Source: Octopus vulgaris
Lineage: Eukaryota
Reading direction: 5' to 3'
NCBI GenBank assembly: GCA_951406725.2
Contig: OX597821.1
Location: 55,552,001 to 55,616,000, forward strand
Length of the DNA stretch: 64,000 bases
Shown piece by piece: positions 55,161 through 64,000 of this stretch (within the stretch, counting starts at the first letter, position 1; each line of letters begins with the position of its first letter). Below the pieces are notes generated by a model. The model saw nothing but the letters and a program-made list of their open reading frames with translations. It was not told the origin of the DNA and did not search any database. The position numbers and the translations under genes were made by a program.

Positions 55161-55271
55161 AGAGAGTGATTTAATATAGCTTATCCCACTCTTTTACTAG
55201 ATCAGCTACAGTGTTTTGCTAGAATAAAGATGTAGTATTTTGCGAGTGGAATAAGTTCTTCCTACTAGCCA

Positions 55272-55330
55272 GTGAGTAACAGACACTGCAGACGGGTAAC
55301 CACCCTGAAACTCGGGTCTGTGTATATCAC
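55272..55330 (+). ncRNA. Hammerhead motif
   Basis: ACA-CTGCAGA-C-GGGT-AACC-ACCC-T-GAAA-CTCGGG-TC^TGT; A6C change; distal GTGA/TCAC pairing possible. Confidence 0.6.
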
Positions 55331-55619
55331 GTAAGGCTAGAGATGGGAGTGATGACCTCCCCTCACAAATATTAATCAGACACAGACAGTGCGTCGTTGG
55401 CCAGTTGGAGAAGATGACTTCCTGAGTCTAAAAACAACAGTAGCAGCGCCAACTTCCTTCGAAGCTTAATAATCTGCTGACGAATTGGTAACGGAGTAAG
55501 TGGCATTATATTAACAAAGTACACTGCAAATATTCTTACTAATGTTTAGTAAACGAACCGTCACGTAAACAAATTCAATACATTAGAGTTCGCCGGTTAA
55601 ATATACTAAAACACAGAGT

Positions 55620-55850
55620 AAAAGCAACCGTTCTGATCATTTTGGCCGCCATGGGTTTTGCAGTAAATCACTAAATCATCCATAACTTTTGTATTATCCT
55701 CTCAAATTACACCAAAATCTCAGACAATAACAAATAATATTGTGTTTATTGTCTGTGAAAATTATAGAATATAAAACACCTTTGATAAAAACTTATATCT
55801 ACTTTTTCGACGAAAACAATGCCGTTCTGAACATTTTGGCCGCAACTGTA
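55620..55850. mobile_element. Isolated Tc1-type IR/DR terminus
   Basis: CCGTTCTGA.CATTTTGGCCGC at ~55628 and ~55822, ending CAACTG-TA. Confidence 0.55.
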
Positions 55851-55908
55851 TGTATATATATATATATATATATATATACATACATACATACATACATACA
55901 TACATACA

Positions 55909-55944
<36 letters not shown>

Positions 55945-57200
55945 TAATGATCGTGAAACGGTAGAAATTTCTACCGCAGCACTCAACGCGATTTCGAAGC
56001 TCTTAAATTGGTATCACAAGGGAGTTCGACATTCTGGTGTTGTAGAAATTCCTGTTATCACACTTGTAAGTCCAGTGTGTCTGTCTAGTGAAAAGTGGAA
56101 TATACTCCAAACATGAAGAGAAGCAGAAATTTAAGCAGGTCATTAATGACCAGGTGATATTGCATGTTTTATGTCAAAACGTTTCTAATTTTAAACATTA
56201 GAGTAGTACTTCAGCCGACTTGCATCAAAAGGGGCACTCTAATACTGGGCACAACACACACACACACACGCACACATATGTATACATACATACATACATA
56301 CATACATACATACATACATACATACATACATACATACATACATGCACGCGCGCACACAGGTAAACGCTATTATTTTCTCACTGTGAATATATTTGTCAAT
56401 GGGATACATTTTGTTTTACATAAACTTAGCTTTGGATATAAGTTAGAAAACTGGCATAAGAAATAGTTTCACTTGGAACACGGCACACTATTCCCTTTAA
56501 TATATTCATTATTCTCTCCATGATTCTTCTAAAGATTTATTGATCCCTCTGCTCTTCCATATGAAAATTATCTAAAGCTCACTAAAAATCCCCTTAAAGT
56601 ATATTCTAGCAACATACGTATCCGCTCACATACATGAGACTAACCATATCCAAAGTATTTGAAATCAAAAGCCAATAACCGGATCATTACAAACTCTAAT
56701 ATCCTACTATATATCACGCGCCTTCCTCTATTACTAGTTCCACAAGTTGAAATCTCTCTCTCTTCCTCTCCCCTCTCTCTCCCTCTCCCCTCTCTCTTTC
56801 TCACTGACTCTCACTCAATCTCTTCTCTCCAGAGTGCATAACAATTTATTGCAGACTTATCGTTATAAGTGGAAGATTTGAATTTGAATTTTTGCCGACA
56901 CTTCCAGCGCTATTCAACAGTTAAAGAGCAGGTACATTTACTTGCATAAACTATTGATTTTCTGTGCCGTGAATGAGAGTCCATATTCCAAAAGCAATAA
57001 TATGATCATCACCTTTGTGTTTTCCGCAACAAGAGATGCTTATATATTGCTCACAGTATCGTTATATCGCTATACTTTTAAAATATCACGTTTAGTACAC
57101 GTGTAAATAACAGCCGTTGTTTCAGTACATAGTAATTAATAAATTGGAATTTATTTTGCGATTTCTGAATTTTTTCTGCAACCAAATATGTATCTGTGTC

Positions 57201-57243
<43 letters not shown>

Positions 57244-57337
57244 TCGGGGTGAGTACTTGATAATTATAAGCACCTGTGTATACCGTTTGGTGGTGTAGGT
57301 GGTGTAGGTCCTTCGCATCATGTTTTTATTTTGATCA

Positions 57338-57366
<29 letters not shown>

Positions 57367-57368
<2 letters not shown>

Positions 57369-57533
57369 CGTTTAAATATTTGTTGTGCAAGATTTTTTAT
57401 GTGAAGTCGTGTGTTGAAACAGATATTGTTATATTTCGGAATGGTCATATTGCCAGTTTAGCCAATAAAAACACACGCACTATATATTTGGTGTTATTTT
57501 GCTTCAGTGTTATTTATTTTTTACATTAATCTT
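57367..57533 (-). mobile_element. Truncated copy of the 48353-48709 family in (TA)n
   Basis: Matches the reverse complement of 48609-48709, then 48398-48463 directly. Confidence 0.85.
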
Positions 57534-57556
57534 TGGCTATAAGTTAGAAAACTGGC

Positions 57557-57630
57557 ATAAGGATATGTATATTTATATGATTTTATTTTGTATGTATACG
57601 TATGTGCGTTGTATGCGTGTAAGTATGTCC

Positions 57631-57664
<34 letters not shown>

Positions 57665-57738
57665 GGACATACTTACACGCATAGAACGCACATACGTATA
57701 CATACAAAATAAAATCATATAAATATACACATCCTTAT
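57557..57738. repeat. 182-bp near-perfect palindrome centred on (TA)n
   Basis: 75-bp arms with 2 mismatches. Confidence 0.95.
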
Positions 57739-60019
57739 ACGTGTTTGTATGTATGTACGTACAATGATGAATATATTAATTCATGTGCTTATACTGCAGA
57801 CAGATAGGCAGACAGCAGACACATAGATAGATAGAATGAAAGAGGAAGAGAGAGTGAGAGAGTAAAAAAAAGGAGAGAGTAAGCAAAACTCGGAAAGACT
57901 ATTTCAAATATATTTCGTAAACAATCAATAGCATTGTATAGACCATATGGAAACTTCAGAAAAACAGCTTCATCCATCTTATTTCAATCATTATTATATA
58001 TTTTTTGCGTTTCCTATTCTCCTGAATAGAGATGTTTGACAAAATCAGAACGGTGCTGTAAACACAAACAGACTATAAACTGCATTTAAAATAACTAGCT
58101 GACATTTTGATTGTGAAGCCTTAGAATATTATTCAGAATTTAGTTTTACGTATGCATATTCATGACAAGTAACATTTATAGCAAATATATGTGTGTTAGA
58201 AATGAAGACGACTATCAAACTGCTGGGACATGATATTCAGGTTAAATATATATTCACAGTAAACGTGATATATTTGCCAAATGAAGACAATAGTATGTGT
58301 GATTCAATGTTGCAATTGATTTTCCATGGATATATCTCTCTATTGACTTTATCAGAGATTGTAAGTATTTTTTTCTTTTTTATATCTCTATATTTGTACA
58401 GTTTTGGTGCTGTAGGTGTGAAAATTTTCCAGGGAAACACCTCTCCCTGTACATTTTTAGCACCTAACTTATATTTTGTTTAGGAATGCAATACGGATTT
58501 TATTTCTTTTTTTCAAATGTAATTACTAAAAATACTTGGATCTCAACAAAAGATGTTCGCTCCTAAAATGTGACGGTGGAAATCTACAGGACTTTATGAA
58601 CTGTTTCAAAAGTCGGTATTTTGTAGGAATATATGTTTTATACTAACTATTACGCATAATCATGAAGGAGAGAAATAGTGATCATCCCTTTTAATATTAA
58701 TATATCTGGTTTCGCTTCTTAAGTTTAAATCTGCTGATAAATACTTAAACAGTGCTTCTAAAATTAACTGCTAAATGTTAGAAAGGTAGATAATGTTAAT
58801 TACGTTAGAAATGTAGAATGTGTTAAAGACAAAAGAAATTCCATATATTGGATGATAGCATTTGATATGAATACGTGAGAAGCGAAAGTATGAAACCCAG
58901 TAAAAAATAGTCAACTATCTTGAAAAATTCTTAGTACTATGTAAGATAAGAGTTTTCATATTTAGTATATATTAACGGTCTATGGAAATTCAGAATTTTT
59001 ATTATAAATATGTGTATAAGTCATTGGTTGCAACATGCAAGTTATGTCAGCTTGTATGGCGGTCTTAATCAGAGCCATTGTGTAGCTCTGATATACTTTT
59101 TATTTGCTGTGTAGAGACTTCCGCACAGGATCATGCAAAACATCATTTAAAAATATCTATTTAGCTGGCATCAGTTTATAATAAACTTCAATGACTTAAT
59201 TTCCTAATGAAATTGTCTATGGAGGAGGAGATGGTAGGATGGTACAAGTGTTGATAATGATAATGCTTGTGGTTTTGATTTCCTGATGTTTGTGATGGGT
59301 TTGCGGTGTTTCGTTGATGTTACTGTTGGTAGTGGTCGTTATGGCATTTTAATTTTATTCATGATGCTGGTGGTCGTCGTGGTAATAGTGTTGATCACAA
59401 AGGGGTAAGGACCAATAATAATCTTATTCAAAGATCTAAATATACATATATATATCTATAATATCAATAGACAAGCATCCTCAAATACAAAACTTTGATT
59501 CTAGTACTTCAAATTTAACTTGATGTTGTTATTTTTCCTATCATTATAAGCGTCAAATCAATTTTCTTCAGTCTGTTGCTTCCAGACAACTTGACTTCAC
59601 TGAAATAAATTTACAACTAATTCTTTAAAATAAATAGATAAATAAATAAATTTATGTAAAAAGAAAATTACAGTGAACAAAAGTAAATTTCAGAAACCCC
59701 CATAAAAATGTCTGCTATGAAATTAACCTCATAAACAGAATAAATAGAATTTTTGAATTTCAAAAACATTATATTTTACGTTTGATCTTGATAGAGCTTG
59801 AACCTTTTCTTAATTTAATTTCAGTTTGATGGTATTGTTTATACATTTGATTAATGATTAATTTTTTAGTTATGTCTTTCTCTTTAATTTCCTCTTTTCT
59901 GTTTTCATGTGTATATGACAGCCAGCTTTGTAATGTCTCTTGTATTGTTTTCTGTATGCAAGATCTGTGAGTATAAATGGATTAGCATTATGCTTTTGGA
60001 GTATGTGTTTGTTTCTTAG

Positions 60020-60091
<72 letters not shown>

Positions 60092-60094
60092 TAT

Positions 60095-60398
<304 letters not shown>

Positions 60399-61186
60399 TG
60401 CATGTATATACATACATACGTACATACATACATACATACGTACATACATACATATTTGTGCATATTTGCATATGCGTGTGTTATGTCTATGTGTGTGTTC
60501 TGTCTGCTTTCATTTGTGACTTACATGTATGAGTGCGTCTATTGTTTGGCGAGAACTTTATCAGATTATGTAGCCTTGTGAATGACATGCACAAAATCCT
60601 CAGAAAACAAATGTGACCAGTGTCGCAGCAATCACCAGAACATGCAACGGAGAAATATGTTTACTAAGGTTCAATCTACCTTCCGGACTATGGAACATGA
60701 GTGGGAATTTGCAAAAGATCAAGAAATCCTGAGAGATAATCTTATATGAGTAATTCTTATGACAGGACAAAAATTCTCTATAGCCTCAGTAATCAGACAT
60801 CATGTTTCTACTTCAAGTCTCGTGAGCAGACTTCAAGCTGCTTCTGAACTATCTTAAACTAGTGGATCTAGAAGACGTTGAGAACTTTCATCAAGATATA
60901 CCACTCAGCCAAAATTTTGACAGGCTTCCAATTATAGTGCTGCCATCGGAAAACCGATTAACAGAAAATCTCCTTTGTATGCCAATACTGCGGCTCAGAG
61001 TTGATGATTCGTCATCGCTACATGCCGTAGGCGTAAAACCAAAAGTACGAAATTATCGGCACGATGGCGATAACATCATCGTTATCTAGATTACGATAAA
61101 GACCAATCTGCTTTCGCCAGCAGTAAAAGTATAGCACTACTGTCCATTTATAGGAAAGGTCTTGTTATGTACTCAAAACCCTAACC

Positions 61187-61571
61187 CAGGCCTGGCCAAC
61201 TCGAATTACATTGGGGGCAACTTTAACCACCGAAAGTTTCTTGAAGCTCACTTGAATACTTTATGCACTTGTATTCAAATAATCACTGCTGACAGAATTG
61301 AAAGTAGTTTGCTTTCTCATCCCATTATCACAATAATGAAATATTATCATTGCAAAGGCAGTTGTACTTTTCGTTTTTACTTTTCATTACAATCTTTAAT
61401 TTTTGATAAAATTTTTAAAATGTTTTGTAGAACAAGTAGAAAGATAAATGTTTGTTTAAATAAACCCATTACAAAAGGTATCAAGCGGGCCGCTAGATGA
61501 AAATGTGCGGGACAAAAGATAAACGTTTGCAGGCCGCATGTAGCCTTCGGACCTTAGGTTGGCCAGCCCTG
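61187..61571. mobile_element. hAT-Charlie-type MITE
   Basis: TIR CAGGCCTGGCCAAC / GTTGGCCAGCCCTG (13/14); 8-bp TSD CCCTAACC/CTCTAAAC (6/8); subterminal GCGGGCCG motifs. Confidence 0.8.
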
Positions 61572-62465
61572 CTCTAAACCAACAACTGTAAAAGAAAATC
61601 AAATCCAGAGTTCCAATGCCAATAATGCAGACAAAGTAAAGTCGGCAACGTTTTTACTCGAGTTTCAAGTGAAATGCAATTTCTTCTATAAACAACGAAC
61701 TTCTATGAAGTTCTCTCAAAAATGATTGGTTACCTGACCAAAACTGTAAACAATCTCCGCTAGTCCTATATAGGAGTGATGACTCGTGCTGTAGGTGAAG
61801 GTTAGAAATAACAATCGTTGACAGTTAAAATAAAATCAGACATGACTACGCAATCGATCATATATTGTTAAACGTTTACACGTTATGTGTGATCACGCAT
61901 ATAAGCTAAATGGTGGAAAGAGAGGCAAGATTCACTGTCAACCTTACCCACATGAGATGTAATATGCATACTGTAACTTTAGATTTGATGAGATTACTGA
62001 GCTACAGCAAATCCATTTAATTGTGGCGTAAAAACTCAAACTCAGGGAATACTCGAGCTAATCATCAGCAGCCGTTAGAGTTCCTGATAAGGTGTTATTT
62101 GAAATAAATGTAGCCAACATTATTATAGAGTTGATGTTTTTCATTGCATAGTCAGGTGACATCGTTGAGAATAATCCAAACACTGTGTGAAATGAGTAAA
62201 GGTGAGAAAGGTCATTTTAATTTTAAAAAGTGTTCTTCCTGTAATTGTTATAGTATTTAGTATCAGGGATGTGACATCACTTTCTTTCTTTCATACCTTC
62301 CACCTAATAGATTACATCATTTTCCCCTTAGCTACAAAATTAATTATTCATTAAAATATGGCTCCTATCATACACATGTATACATACACAAAGCACACAC
62401 ACGCACAACTATATATATAAAGGTATGTGTGTGAGAGCGTGTGTATGTATATACATGTGTATGAT

Positions 62466-62835
62466 AGGAGCCAGTGGTTAGGGCAGCAGACTCGCGGTCG
62501 TAAGATCGCGTTTTCGATTTCCAGACCGGGTGTTGTGAATGTTTATTTATCGAAAACACCTAAATGTTCTTCGTGGCTCCGGCAAGGAGTGGTGGCCAAC
62601 CCTGCTGTATTTTTTCGGCATAGCTTTCTCTCCCTCATTCTCCTTGTTTCTGTTGTACCTGTATTTCAAAGGGTCGGCCTTGTCACACTCTGTGTCAAGC
62701 TGAATCTCCCCGTGAACTACGTTAAGGGTACACGTGTCTGTGGAGTGCTCAGCCACTTGCACGTTAATTTCACGGGCAGACTGTTCTGCTGATCGGGTCA
62801 ACTGGAACCCTCGTCGTCGTAAGCGACGGAGTGCC
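62466..62835 (+). mobile_element. SINE family B
   Basis: Matches 15139-15517. Confidence 0.9.
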
Positions 62836-62861
62836 ACTATATATGTATATATATATATGCC

Positions 62862-62976
62862 TGCTAGCGACGGCAGTCACTCGTCCTTACTCACAATATA
62901 TCAACAGAGAAGCGGCTGTCTGCCGCTTCTCTGTTTATACATTGTGAGTAGGGACGATTGACTGCTATCTCTAGCA
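62862..62976. repeat. 115-bp hairpin palindrome
   Basis: 55-bp arms, about 7 mismatches, 5-nt loop TGTCT. Confidence 0.92.
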
Positions 62977-63440
62977 AGTAGGTATCCGATACCGATGACG
63001 TGTAAAGAACCAGAAACCATTGTCTACTGGTCTACCAAGCTTTGTAGGGTGTGATTCGCTCCCTTACTCGCAATATATTGGATAAATATTGTGTGTCACC
63101 ATCCAACTGGAAAAGACGTTTTCCTGGGGTTAAAATGTAGTAACATAGTTCTGTGTAGAACAGCCATATTATAGTAGCAAAGAAAAAAAAACTCTTACTT
63201 TCTAGTATTCCAATATGATTTCGCTATCATGTATGAGGATTATGACTTAACATGCTAATATCTACAAGTGAAACATATGTAAAAATTATATGATTTATGA
63301 CGTTATAATAAAAAGATAAATTCTTTTCTTTCATTCCGCTTCGGATTTTACACATATACGTATACATGTTTACACACAGACAGACAGGCAGAGATATAGA
63401 AAGAAAGAAAGATAGCTAGCTAGCAAGCTAGCTAGCTACC

Positions 63441-63494
<54 letters not shown>

Positions 63495-63495
63495 T

Positions 63496-64000
63496 GTTTC
63501 TTTATTAGCCACACAGGGCTGCACACAGATAGAACAAATTACAAGGTAGAGCTTTTCTTTTGAAGGTTTAAAAAAAAAAAAAAAAAAAAAGGAAGGGGGA
63601 GTTTCGATCAAAAGGGATCGTAAAAGGAGAGAAAGAGGACAAAAAAAGGGGGTTTAAAAAAAAGGGGGAGAGGAAAAAAATTAATCAATAGGGATCGTTA
63701 TCACAGAAATGTCAATATGAAGTGTAAAGGGGAGGACAGGTGAGGTTTACCCGTGCAAAGAAAAGCCTACGGAAAAGACCACGGTAACCTCGGTCAATGA
63801 TGTCACATTTTATATTTCTTTTTTTTTTTTTGCAAATAAGCAACTCTCTGTTTTCGATTTCTGGGTTCATAGGACTATGCTCAAGGTGGCTTCGTCATTC
63901 ATACGTGCCATTCTTGCTACATTCACCCATCTTTTTTTAAAACATTCGCTAGACAAAACTTGCCTCTCTACTCTCACTTTCCTTTTCAAGTGGTACTTGA
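63496..64000 (-). mobile_element. Tx1/L1-like LINE 3' end (ORF2 C-terminus and 3' UTR) adjoining (GATA)n
   Basis: Open frame KYHLKRKVRVERQVLSSECFKKRWVNVARMARMNDEATLSIVL* (stop 63867; F..RW motif); AATAAA just before the (TATC)n tract; runs off the window edge. Confidence 0.65.

Noticed and set aside
60600-61090. Possible gypsy gag-protease remnant (KCDQCRSNH; LRVDDSS)
   Set aside because: Motifs too decayed to call without a search.

Overview
AT-rich eukaryotic intergenic or intronic DNA saturated with microsatellites ((TA)n, (CA)n, (TACA)n, (GATA)n, (TAA)n). The two tRNA-derived SINE families resemble, from memory, those of Octopus, so a cephalopod source is likely (inference). No host protein-coding gene can be supported, and most ORF-track entries are microsatellite translations. 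Recognisable content: about a dozen SINE copies; decayed Tc1, mariner, Chapaev3-like and hAT DNA transposons; two young R4/Dong-like RLE LINE copies inserted in (TAA)n; a Tx1/L1-like 3' end in (GATA)n; and a Penelope-like GIY-YIG remnant. The main signal not visible in the ORF track is about 15 minimal type-I hammerhead ribozyme (HHR) motifs (CUGANGA-stem II-GAAA-short palindrome-UH), found by eye on both strands and mostly degenerate. They sit in short non-coding Penelope-like modules near (TA)n tracts. Several form inverted pairs with both 3' ends pointing outward (26733-29335, 30022-30520, 48353-48709, 54253-55322). Local fold-back palindromes, templated duplications and a Tc1 split by an inversion also occur. 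All alignments and folds were done manually.
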